NCBI RefSeq assembly: GCF_032191835.1
Contig: NC_083231.1
Location: 72,168,001-72,232,000, forward strand
Length of the DNA stretch: 64,000 nt
Direction of reading: 5' to 3'
From: Heteronotia binoei
Taxonomy: Eukaryota
The first letter of the stretch is position 1. Each line of letters begins with the position of its first letter. Of the stretch, positions 47,939-59,074 are shown one piece after another. Both the position numbers and the translations under genes were made by a program. The notes beneath the pieces are model-generated. The model was given only the letters and a program-made list of their open reading frames with translations. It did no database searches and was not told the DNA's origin.

Positions 47939-49941
47939 ATTTTGTCCTTGGCCTGAAAGTTAGTGGCAGATGAAAGAATATTGTGAAATTATGACCATTC
48001 CTATTACCAACTGTTGGAAGTAACATGTTTGCAGTGACATGACCAACAGCCCTGACATATCCCTGGATATTTGGCTGGGAAACAGCAGTGGAGCTGGGTG
48101 GGAATTCCAAAATGAAGTAGTATAACAAGTCCCTTTAAAAAACACGGAACTTTGCATCAAGTGACTAGACTAATTTACCAAGTACAAGGGGAAACATTCC
48201 CATGTATATTGACTTATCTTTAGGAAAGACTGGAAAGTGAAAATTGCATATTCATAGTTGCAGAGGATTGTCCTAAATGTAGCAATAGGTTTCTGATCTA
48301 TGATGGTTGGGTGGGAGGAAATGAGGGGTTGGACCCACTGTAAATTTTCCTTTGGCAAAATTGAACTTTCCTTCTTCCTCCCAATGCCGCTCACTGACCT
48401 CCACAAAGTGCTGCTCTTAGGGTTCAGGGGACTTGAAGGGAATAGGAATTGGTGGACATTGCCAGTTTAGTCTGGATCCAACCAGATGGCCTGTTGAGTC
48501 TGATATTCAATTGCATCTGTTGTACAAAATCAAACATGCAAAATGACTTATACAGAATAGCAAGCAAGCATTATGATGAATGGTGACCAAAAAAAGTAAG
48601 TAACTATGTGAAGTAGTAAACCACTCAGATCTTTGACTGAGGAGCTCTGAGGTCTGTTTTGGTAGGACAACCTGATCTGAATGACAGTAATAGTGTGGAA
48701 GGGGGAAAGGAGGGGAGCCATGGCACAATCTCACATGTGGAGTGAAATTTAGTGCATTACATTTGTAAGAATAAGGCCAACAAGCTTTAATAACTAATTT
48801 ATAAAAGCCATATGGAACACACAAAATGTGTAAAATCGAACTGGAAAATCAACTAAAAGGAAACTAGAAATATGTGCTAAAACCACATTTAATAAAAGTT
48901 AAAGCATTATTATCTTAAAGGATGTTTTCTCTTTGGCAAACATGCTCTTCAGTTTTTCTGAAGAGTTCCCATAAGTTTTAATGACCAAGTAAGTATTCAT
49001 ATTTCTAATATGTTTTCCTAGGTTAATAACCTGTATGCATAATCAACTACTTCATTTGAAATGCTAACAGGGATCCTTGTTTTACTGATCTCTTTCCATC
49101 ATGTTAAAAATGTTGCGAGTTTTTTCTTGGTTGATATCACTTACTAATTATAACAGTGTGGATGTTTAGAGTTTAGTACAGTATCATGAAGGATTTATCT
49201 GTCAGATTCTCATTCCCTTTTGCTAACCTGTCATTGTACTTTTGTTACCCAAAGAGTCAGTTTCCTATTGGACTAGTGTCTCAGTGCATATAGGAAGAAT
49301 GTTCCCTGGGACTATGCTGGTTTGCCCCCAAAACAATGTCTTGATTGTTGTTTCAGGGATGAACAAAGATCTTGAGAAACCTTGATGAGATTGCTGGGGG
49401 TTGATCTATAGGTGTTAATATTCTTCATGTGATCCTCAAATTCAGAATGGGAGAAACTACTGGGTTGTATGAATAGCATTAAGTATTTCATAACTAGGGT
49501 AGATGGCCAAGGGGAAGCATGACTGGAAGTGGATGAGGTTAATCTCAGGTGAGGTAATGTTTTCTTGGGAGAACCATTGTTTTAAATTATGCATCTCTTT
49601 AGGGTGGGGGTAAGGTCATTAGCTTGTCAGCCTCTATGTTGCACCTACCAAAATACTTTCCCAGACTTGTCTCTGGCCAGCATCCATTTTGGTTGTATCA
49701 GATTCATTTTGGTTTCACTGTTAGGCCAGGCAGTGTCCACCGCTGGCCCACTGCCTGCTCTCCACAGTGATCAGAGGAGTGCCATGACGAGACGTGGCAC
49801 CACTTGCTTCACAAGGGCCCGGGATTCTTCTAAGTTGTTTGAAGAGTGTGCTGGAGGAGGCTTCTCCCCCCCCTCACTTCTGGGCCCTTGTGAAGCAGGT
49901 AGGGCCAAGCCTTGTCCCTCTTCTGATCACATGGGGGGGGA

Positions 49942-51178
49942 TAGGGTTGCCAAGTCCCATTTTTAAAATATCTGGGGACTTTGGGGGTGGAGCCAGGAGA
50001 CTTTGGGGGTGGAGCCAGGAGACACTGGGGTGGAGCTAGGGGGAGGGGGGAAACGGCGCCGGGGAGCGTCGCTGCGCTGCTGTGGCTGCTCCTCCAAGAT
50101 GGGCTCAGGCTGGGCCCATCTCGGAGGAGCAGCTGCCGGGGGGGGGGGGCGTCGCGGCGGCGTCCTGCACTCCGCCTCTGCATTGGAATGGGGGGGTGGA
50201 GGTGGGCCAGGAGCGTGGCGAGCCGTGAGTCCGGGTCTTAGAGGGGCCCGGATTCGCGGCTCGCCATGCTCCTGGCCCGCCTCCACCCTCCCCTTCTCTG
50301 CTTTGGCTGCTCCTCCGAGATGGGCTCAGCCTGGGCCCATCTCGGAGGAGCAGCTGCCGGGGGGGCGGCGCGGCAACGTCGCGTGCTGCGCTCAGCCTCT
50401 GGGTTGGAATGGGGGGGTGGAGGCGGGCCAGGAGCGTGGCGAGCCGCGAGTTCGGGTCCTAGAGGGGCCCAGATTCGCGGCTCGCCATGCTCCTGGCCCG
50501 CCTCCACCCTCCCCTTCTCTGCTTTGGTTGCTCCTCCGAGATGGGCTCAGCCTGGGCCCATCTCGGAGGAGCAGCTGCCGGGGGGCGGCGCGGCAGCGTC
50601 GCGCGCTCCGCTCAGCCTCTGGGTTGGAATGGGGGGGTGGAGGCGGGCCAGGAGCGTGGCGAGCCGCGAGTTCGGGTCCTAGAGGGGCCCGGATTCGCGG
50701 CTCGCCATGCTCCTGGCCCGCCTCCACCCTCCCCTTCTCTGCTTTGGCTGCTCCTCCGAGATGGGCTCAGCCTGGGCCCATCTCGGAGGAGCAGCTGCCG
50801 GGGGGGCGGCGCGGCAACGTCGCGTGCTGCGCTCAGCCTCTGGGTTGGAATGGGGGGGTGGAGGCGGGCCAGGAGCGTGGCGAGCCGCGAGTTCGGGTCC
50901 TAGAGGGGCCCAGATTCGCGGCTCGCCATGCTCCTGGCCCGCCTCCACCCTCCCCTTCTCTGCTTTGGTTGCTCCTCCGAGATGGGCTCAGCCTGGGCCC
51001 ATCTCGGAGGAGCAGCTGCCGGGGAGGGAGGGGGTGGCAGCAGCGCGGCTGCGTCGCCCGCTCTGGGATGGGGTGCCCGCCGTTTCTCCCCTTCCCCCGC
51101 TTCTGTTTTTGGGGGGAGCAGGGGAAGAGGGTGGAAAACCTGGCATCCCCCGCCAGAGCGGGAGGGTTGGGAAGGCTA
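49942..51178. mobile_element. Non-autonomous hAT element carrying a GC-rich hairpin tandem array
   Basis: Left end tagggttgccaag shared with the 59075 copy; right end ttgggaaggcta (59075 copy: ttgggaagccta); perfect TSD ggggggga (49934-49941, 51179-51186). Confidence 0.85.
50085..51024. repeat. CpG-rich tandem array, ~4.25 units of 220/221 bp
   Basis: Unit starts at 50085, 50306, 50527, 50747 and 50968. Confidence 0.97.
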
Positions 51179-52716
51179 GGGGGGGAAGGTGGAGCACAAC
51201 ATGCTGCTGCGCTATGCTGGGGAAGTCCAAATTGTGGCACCCCAAAGAAGGTACCCCCAGGAAAGTGCTTTCTGAGAATGACAGATGGTAATTTCCTCCG
51301 AAAGCATTTTCCTGAGAGTGCCTTCTTTGGAGGGAGCATAACTCAGATCTCATAAATCCAATCCTCTCCAAACTTGGAGGGCAGATAAAGGAGATTCATT
51401 TGGAGATCCCCTCAAATTTAGTGTCTTCAGCTTGCACAGGATTCATTCTATACATTGCTGAACTTCCTGAACCTGTGCCTGTTAAAATTTTGACAGATGC
51501 AGGTGCAGGAGGTTTAGGAGTGTACAGAATAAATCCTTTACAAACTAGATATATCAAAGTTTCAGGGGACCTCTGCAAGATGTTCCTCTTCATGCCTTCC
51601 AAGTTCTGACTCCTCTATTGCGTTGAAGTTTTGTAAACATTTAGAGTGAGTGGAGAAAGTCTGTCTGGAACTGTATCCATTCATGACCACCACAAACTGG
51701 AAAGTTCATGCTGGTTGACTCTCATGAACTTCACTTCATGTACCATGAACTGCCCAAAATTCATTCTGAACTTTAGTTTGTGAGCCAATTCATGCCTATT
51801 CCTAGTTGTAAAATGAATTCTCCCTAGCTGCCACCTGTGTGGGGGGAATAAAAACTGGGTAGAGGCAAACCCACCTGGGAAAAAAATCTAGTGTAAGCCA
51901 GTTGTCTTCATCTCATTCTAACTACTATGAAGCATAATTTACAGATGTAGCAAAATGAAATAGCAGAATTTCAAGGTTTTATGGGATATGCCATATAGAT
52001 TCCAGAGGGGTTATTCTTAATGGTCCTTCATGTAAAAAATCGCTTAGAAATAATAAAAAGCCCACCCGGGAGTAAAGTTCTAGTGCAGCCCTTTGCATGC
52101 TGAGCTAATCTTCAGGTTTCAGTAAATTATTAATGTGAGAGAAATTTGGGGTAAAAAGTAATCTGGGCCATTGCATTGAAATGTCTTCTCCAGTTAAACT
52201 GCATGTTTGTAAAAGCCTATAATGATTGTTTTAAGTGCTTGTATTAACACAGGCAATCATTATAGGCGTTTTCAAACTTGCATTTAAAGTGCATTACAAC
52301 AAAATGGCCCTGATCTATAGTAGTCTCATACAGCTGTTGTTTTATATAACTAGGAAACAAATATTGTAGGGGGACATACATATTCACATCCATATTACAA
52401 GAAAGATGCACATTCTGATGAGAAATGCATTGGCTACTTTGCATAACAATGCAGGTGAAATCTTTATCTGCACACACAGTTTCAATCCAGTAATGGAATT
52501 TACACATGGAAAATTCCATAGGAGTAGTTTAGTTAATCTGCTGCAGCCAAAATAACAGATAATCTTGTTATGCCTTAAAGACTAACAGATTTATTATGGC
52601 ATGGTCTTTCATAAGTCACAATTCACATGGGCAGATACATAAAAATTACATTCAATCAATAGTTTACGCACAAACAGAAAAACAAACATTGCTGTGCAGG
52701 GTGTTATTACAATGAG

Positions 52717-52897
52717 CAGGGCTTTTTTTGTAGCAGGAAGTCCTTTGCATATTAGGCCACATCCTTCTTATGTAGCCAACCTCCAAGAGCTTACAGGGCT
52801 CTTATTACAAGGTCTACTGTAAGTTCTAGGAGGACTGGCTATATCAGGGGTGTGTGGCCTAATATGCACAGGAGTTCCAGCTATATAAAAAGCCCTG
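52717..52897. mobile_element. hAT MITE (CAGGGCTTTTT family), long imperfect palindrome
   Basis: TIR cagggctttt / aaaagccctg; TSD acaatgag / acaatggg (7/8). Confidence 0.8.
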
Positions 52898-52952
52898 ACA
52901 ATGGGAGTCCAGAAGGTTTCCAGGGACATTGGTATAAGACAGAACATTATGG

Positions 52953-53086
52953 NNNNNNNNNNNNNNNNNNNNNNNNNNNNNNNNNNNNNNNNNNNNNNNN
53001 NNNNNNNNNNNNNNNNNNNNNNNNNNNNNNNNNNNNNNNNNNNNNNNNNNNNNNNNNNNNNNNNNNNNNNNNNNNNNNNNNNNNNN
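52953..53086. other. Assembly gap (134 N)
   Basis: Run of N. Confidence 1.
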
Positions 53087-55259
53087 ATCAATCTGTCTAA
53101 TTCTAATGGTGGCCAGATTTGTGGATACTTAAATTCAGATACTGAAGCCATGAACAGACAAGACAGGTCTTTCTACAAACCTGAGAAAGACCCAGGCTTT
53201 CAATAAAATTTGAAATCTAAAAAAAGGTTGATAACTTCTCTGAAAAGAACAGAAGGTGTACCTGTAGATTTAAGAAATGACTGTCCTTTCAGTGGCTGCC
53301 CTTAGGCAACCACAATAAGTATTACTGCTTTCCAGCCTTGAGGCAGGGAGAGGGGCTGTGGTCTTTTCAGTATTGTTTGGGCCTTTGAGGGAGGATTAAT
53401 CAGGTGACTTCCTACTACACAACATGCATTACTCATCCAGAACTGGCTGCTTGTATTCTACAGCAGTCACCCCATGAAAACCAGTGTGGTGTAGTGGTTA
53501 AATCTTCAGACTAGGATGATAAAATGGGGGCAAAAAAAGAGAGAGAGAGAGCTGTAAACTGCCTTGGGCACCTATAGTAGAGAAAGGTGGGCTATAAATA
53601 ACATGGGAAGATAAAAAATAGTTTGATTGATAGATATAAAGGAGTGAAGGAAGAAGGGGGCAGTAGGGATATGGGGGCTGCTGGGAGAAAGAAAAGAGGA
53701 AATTGCGTGGGGAAGGTGATACAGGGGAAAGTGAGGTCTCCCCGGTAGGTCTTCGTGGGTTTCCTCTCACACAGCTGGGCCTGGTGGCCAGAACAGACCA
53801 ATTAGGTCACAGTTTTCCTGGACAGAGGCTGCTGGGGGAGGGAAATAGGGAAAACTGAAGATAGGCAGTGGTATAAAGATAGTTTGGATGATAGGTGGGA
53901 AGGAGAGAAGGGAACAGGCAAAGAGGAAAGGCTATGGGGGCTTTTAGGGAAGGGGAAAAGAAAATGAGGGAGGTGAAAATGAAATACACCATGCACGCTA
54001 TTGCAGGTCCTCCTCTTGAGTGTGTTTGTGTGTTTGCCAACTGAACATGATACTTATTGCATCTAATAATGTAGGCTCTAATCAAGAAAGTTTAAACTCG
54101 ATATATTTGTTAGTCTTTAAGTGGCTATAAGATTCTTATATTGTTTGTGGGCTCCTGCTTCTACCCTAGCTGAACTGCAGTAAACTATCAACAAATAAAT
54201 ATTCATATTTTTATAGATCATGGCAGACATTTAATATGCCTGAAGAAAATGTCTTCTCTGAATATGTTTGCCATTTATGCAGACATAGGCACAAATCCTA
54301 TCAGTCAAATTGCCTACACAAAATAAGAACTACAATTCAAAATGAAAATATAAACTGCATAGCAGCAGTTTACACTATTCCATTAGTGGCACAACACATA
54401 GTAGACCAGCCATACACATATTAAAAAGCTAATGTATTTATACTGTAAATAAGTAGGATAATGATACTAGCTGATTTGTAAAGGATTACACATTTTATAC
54501 TCTGTTCCACTGATATTATGATCACCAGGAAAGGTATGGGGACAATTAATTTAAAATACTACTTAGTTTAAATTGTGTGTGTATGTTTCATTATAGATGT
54601 ACAGTACAGTTTCAAACAAATCCATGAGAACAGTTTACATATCAACTATAGGTAAAATGCTATTTCATTTCCATTATTGTTGTGCTACCTTTTATTTAAT
54701 TTATTTTATTTAAATCTAAAAACTGATTTTTAGTGATACTTCTGTAGACTGATTTTATATTCTCATAGTGAAGTCAGTCAAATCTTTAGATACTTAAGTA
54801 TGGTGACTGGAGGTGTGAACAGGCAACACAGATCTTTCTACAAACCCAAAAGGGACCCCAAGTTTGCAAAAAAAAAAAATCTGAAATCTTTTTTAAAAGT
54901 ACGATAATAAAAGGAGTCCCTGTAGCTTAAGAAAAACAAAACAGATTCACTCAGTGGTTGTTTCTAGGCAACCACAATATTCCAAGCTTCAGTTTCTGTG
55001 AGTAACAGACAGGGGGGAGAATGCAGGACCCTTTTCAGACCTATTTTGGCCTTTGAGGGAGGACTCATTGGATCCAGGCCTGGCCAGGGTTACCTGTTTT
55101 AGATTGGGAAGTTCCTGAGATTTTGTGATGAAGTCTGATGAGAATAGGGTTTGGGGAGGGGAATATTTTCAGCATGGTATAATGCCACAGAGTCCACCCT
55201 CCAAAGTAGCCATTTTTCCCCAAGGGGGACAGTCCATTAATCTAATGACTGGTGCTCAG

Positions 55260-55785
55260 TGTCACGTTCTCAGGTGCAGGCAGGCAGGAGTCCGAAGGTC
55301 AAAGTCCAGGAAGTCAAGCAGGAGCCAAGTCACCAATGCAGAATCACAAACTGGAATCAGAAGTCAATGTCCAAAAGGTCAGGGTGCCAAGGAAATCAAG
55401 CAGGTCAGGATTGGGAAGGAGAGTGGATGCAAGCCAGAGCATAGACTTGTTGATTCCACAAGGTTACCAGGTCCTGCGTGGGAGCTATATGAGAGTCTCA
55501 ATCAGCCTGCTCCCTGGGTGGCAGTGACTCTGCTAGAACTCAGGGCTGAGAGATCTGAAGCATCGGCGTGCCTCATGTCTTTGCTCTGAAAGTTCTTTTT
55601 GGAGCCTGTTTTGAACTCTTGAGATGGGAGGAGGAGAGCTTGGAGGAGATTGATCATCAACAGCTGATGTTGGTGCCTGGAGAGTAATTGATGGGCCAGC
55701 TGCTGTTTGTTCAGCTGAGGAACTGGCTGGCAAGCCTTCCAGGTCTGTTAACCCTTCCAGCTCCTCCTCGTTAGGGCTCATGACA
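55260..55785. mobile_element. Solo LTR, probably Gypsy
   Basis: tgtca..tgaca termini; 5-bp flanks ctcag / gtcag (4/5); no internal region. Confidence 0.7.
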
Positions 55786-56320
55786 GTCAGTTTGACTCGG
55801 TTGCAGCATGTTTGCACATGCTTTGTTTTGCAAAAAACTAATACAGATATGTTTGGTGGGCAATTGTGGCACAAATTAGATAGGGTGGATGATCAACTCA
55901 GATCTGATTAATGCCCTAAAACAAAGGAAGTTTGACTGTCAAATATATTCAAATTCAAAGCAACCCTGATACTTTTTTATACTATTTTATTTTGTCACAC
56001 AGAATTTGTCAGTAAAATATATTATTTTCTTGACTGTTTGCATCACTGAATTAGCACTGTACCTATATGTATATGCATTGAATACATAAATATTGTATAC
56101 AATATGTATAACATCTGTTTAACACACATACACAGTAAAAACCAGCCTACAAAAACCAACAGCAAAAAATAGACAATGAAATCACTTAGAAAAATATAAC
56201 AATATCAGGAAGATTTGCTTATTGTTGTAAGAGTTTTAAGAGTAGATGGTATGGTTTTCAGCTATGTTTGAACTCATGTGCCTTAATATAAATTTAAAAT
56301 AAGAGGGTTACAAGAAATAG

Positions 56321-57940
56321 GTGGAAGGGCATTTTCCAGCACCTCTGAAAGAGGCTGTGGTCCGCCCTCTATTGAAAAAACCAACGTTAGATCCGGCCGA
56401 ATTGACACACTATCGGCCAGTCTCGAATTTACCCTTTTTGAGTAAACTCATTGAGAGGGCAGTGGTGTTGCAGTTGCAGAGTTTTCTGGAGGATGCTTCC
56501 GTTCTCGACCCCCATCAGTCCGCTTTCTGTCCGGGTCACGGGACGGAGACAGTGCTGGTTGCTTTGATGGATGATCTCCAGCGGCATCTGGATTGAGGCG
56601 GCTCAGCGGTGCTGGTGTTGTTAGACCTATCAGCAGCATTCAATATGGTTGACCACCAGCTGCTGACTTGTCATCTTGCTGATGTGGGGATTCAGGGGTT
56701 GGCCCTACAATGGCTCTCCTCGTTCCTTGATGGTCGGGGACAAAGGGTGGCGATTGGGGGTGAGTTGTCCCAGAGGCACACACTTGATTGTGGGGTGCCC
56801 CAGGGGGCAGTTCTTTCCCCAATGTTGTTTAACATCTACATGCGCCCCCTTGCCCAGATTGCTCAGAGATATGGGCTGTGTTGCCACCAGTACGCTGATG
56901 ACACCCAGCTCTATCTATTCATGGACGTACGGCCTGACTGTGTCCCAGAAAACCTGGACCGGGCATTACAAGCTGTGGCTAGATGGCTCAGGCTGAGTAG
57001 GTTGAAACTAAATCCAGCAAAGACAGAGGTCCTTTGCTTGGGTTGCCGTGGTCTGGGGGGGAAGGGAATTCCCCTTCCAGCTCTTGACGGTGTGCCACTG
57101 ACAGTGGCGCACAGGGTCAGGAGCTTGGGGGGTACTACTTGAGCCCGCCTTAACTATGGAGGCTCAGGTAGCAGCCACTGCTAAGTCCGCATTCTTTCAT
57201 CTTAGGTGGGCGAGGCAGCTGGCTCCCTTCCTGGAGCAGGATGATCTGGCAACAGTGATCCATGCAACGGTCACCTCAAGGTTGGATTACTGTAATGTTC
57301 TCTACATGGGGCTGCCCCTGTGCTGAACCCGGAAGTTGCAGCTAGTGCAGAATGCCGCCGCTCAGCTGTTATTAGGGCTCCCTAGATGGGAGCACATTCA
57401 GCCGGGCCTTTGGGGACTGCATTGGCTGCCAATAATATACCGAGTCCGGTACAAGGTGCTGTTTATTACCTTTAAAGCCCTATATGGCCTAGGACCTGCC
57501 TACCTTAGGGACCATCTCTTCCCATATATCCCCAGAGAGTACTGCGATCTAGCTCTCGAAACCTGCTTATAATCCCCGGGCCAAAGGAGGCCCGGTTGAC
57601 CAGGATAGGGCCTTCTCAATTACAGCCCCTTGCTGGTGGAACCAGTTACCGGAAGAGGTCAGGGCCCTGCAGGATATTGGACAGTTCCGCAGGGCCTGCA
57701 AGACCGTCCTCTTCCGGTTGGCTTATAACTGACCGGTACCGAAACACCAAAATAGTAAGGAAGTCTATAGATAGCACACTGATATGGATATTAATGTTTT
57801 AACTATGTAATTTATTATTGTATTTTAATTCTGAATTTTATTGTTAGAACTTTTATGCTGTGAGCTGTCCTGAGCCCGCTTCGGTGGGGTAGGGCGAGAT
57901 ATAAATCAAATCAAATAAATAAAAATAAAATAAAAAAATA
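56321..57940 (+). mobile_element. 5'-truncated L2 LINE (RT with stops and frameshifts)
   Basis: HYRPVSNLPFLSKLIER, HQSAF.PGHGTETVL, LLDLSAAF..VDH, GVPQGAVLSPMLFNIYM, YADD, LNPAKTE; tail gggcgagatataaat plus an A-rich microsatellite. Confidence 0.92.
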
Positions 57941-58332
57941 GGTATGCATAAATCCTTAGCACAAACAGATATGAGGATGTGCTTGGAGATTTTATCTTTT
58001 TTAAATGGCAATTTCCACTGAATGGTCTACCCAGGAGAAAATTCTGCACCTTTATCTCACAGGCTGTGGTGGTGTCCCTTCACAGCAAGGGTTGTCATCT
58101 GAATTGCCTCAATATGTGTCATAGCATACTTTTCATGCATTCTCCATTCAAACTTCAGCAGCAGGAGGAAAATTGCTTCTGGTTTGTCCTTTTCCTTAAA
58201 ATGGCTTTGGGCAAAGCAGCAGCTGAGTTGCCTAAGGAGTAGATGAACCCATCAGTGTCTCCAGCTGTTGGTTTGATAAACAAATATTGTTAACTGTTTG
58301 GAAACCTTGAGGTATGTCTTTCTAGTCAAAGT

Positions 58333-58334
<2 letters not shown>

Positions 58335-58367
<33 letters not shown>
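58335..58367. repeat. (GA)n microsatellite
   Basis: Direct reading. Confidence 0.95.
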
Positions 58368-58372
<5 letters not shown>

Positions 58373-58649
58373 TGTTCAAGAAGCTATTCCCCTCAACAGT
58401 CTCTCCCTCCAACCCTAAATCAACTGTGACTTCAATCTAAAAAAGCAGAAAAAAAGCTGAACTCATTGGAATGAAAGATACAGGCCCAACATTCCAACAT
58501 AATGACATTGTAGCAATCTAACACCACATGTTGTGTACTCTATACAATAAATTTGGAACAATTGGAATATGCACACATGCTGCTCTTATAGAAATCGAAA
58601 CAACAAGGAGCACAAAAAACTGATTATTTAAATGCGCAAGGAAGTTCAT

Positions 58650-58740
58650 GCATTGAATAAAACTTTGTTGGTCTTAAAGGTACTATTGGATTGAAACTTC
58701 ATCCTACTGCTTCAAACCAACATGGTTACTCATTAATTAA
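58650..58740 (+). mobile_element. Possible Penelope-like terminal remnant (similar pieces at ~52575-52625 minus and ~54080-54150 plus)
   Basis: Motif aataaaactttgttggtcttaaaggt resembles reptile Penelope-type repeat ends from memory; short and diverged. Confidence 0.35.
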
Positions 58741-59074
58741 ATGTCTGATATAGTTCATAGTTCATGTCTTCATAGTTCAAGAAAGCTTAAAAAGCAACAA
58801 TTTAAAACACAGATGAAAATAAACTCTGAAATAATCTCTCCTCTACAGAAAAAAAAAAGCCTTGACTTAATGATCCATGTAAATCCCTGGCAAAATGTCC
58901 TTGCAAAGTCTTCAAATAATTTGTGGAGATGGTACCCTCCACAACTTTTCTTATTCATGACATGTGACCTACCTTAAGCTAAGAGTTAACTTATTAAAAT
59001 AACTGTTACCCAGAGTGGATTTGATCATTCAGAGTTTAGGCAGTTAAGACTTCAAGAGAAGTGCCAGTCCTGGA

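Noticed and set aside
50085-51024. CRISPR-like appearance (palindromic repeats at regular spacing)
   Set aside because: The sequence between palindromes is also repeated, so there are no unique spacers; no cas genes; vertebrate context.
50085-51024. Hammerhead ribozyme or parvovirus/AAV terminal-repeat origin for the hairpins
   Set aside because: No CTGATGA..GAAA core seen and no sequence match to AAV ITRs as I recall them; no viral ORFs nearby.
50003-51355. 450-aa and many overlapping ORFs on both strands
   Set aside because: They are repetitive Gly/Ala/Pro/Arg translations of the GC-rich tandem array; stop-free frames are expected from composition and no domain is recognisable.
53590-53990. 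Low-complexity ORFs in purine-rich tracts (also 27980-28110 and 28960-29090)
   Set aside because: GA-rich simple sequence giving Phe/Ser/Leu/Pro-biased frames with no coding signal.
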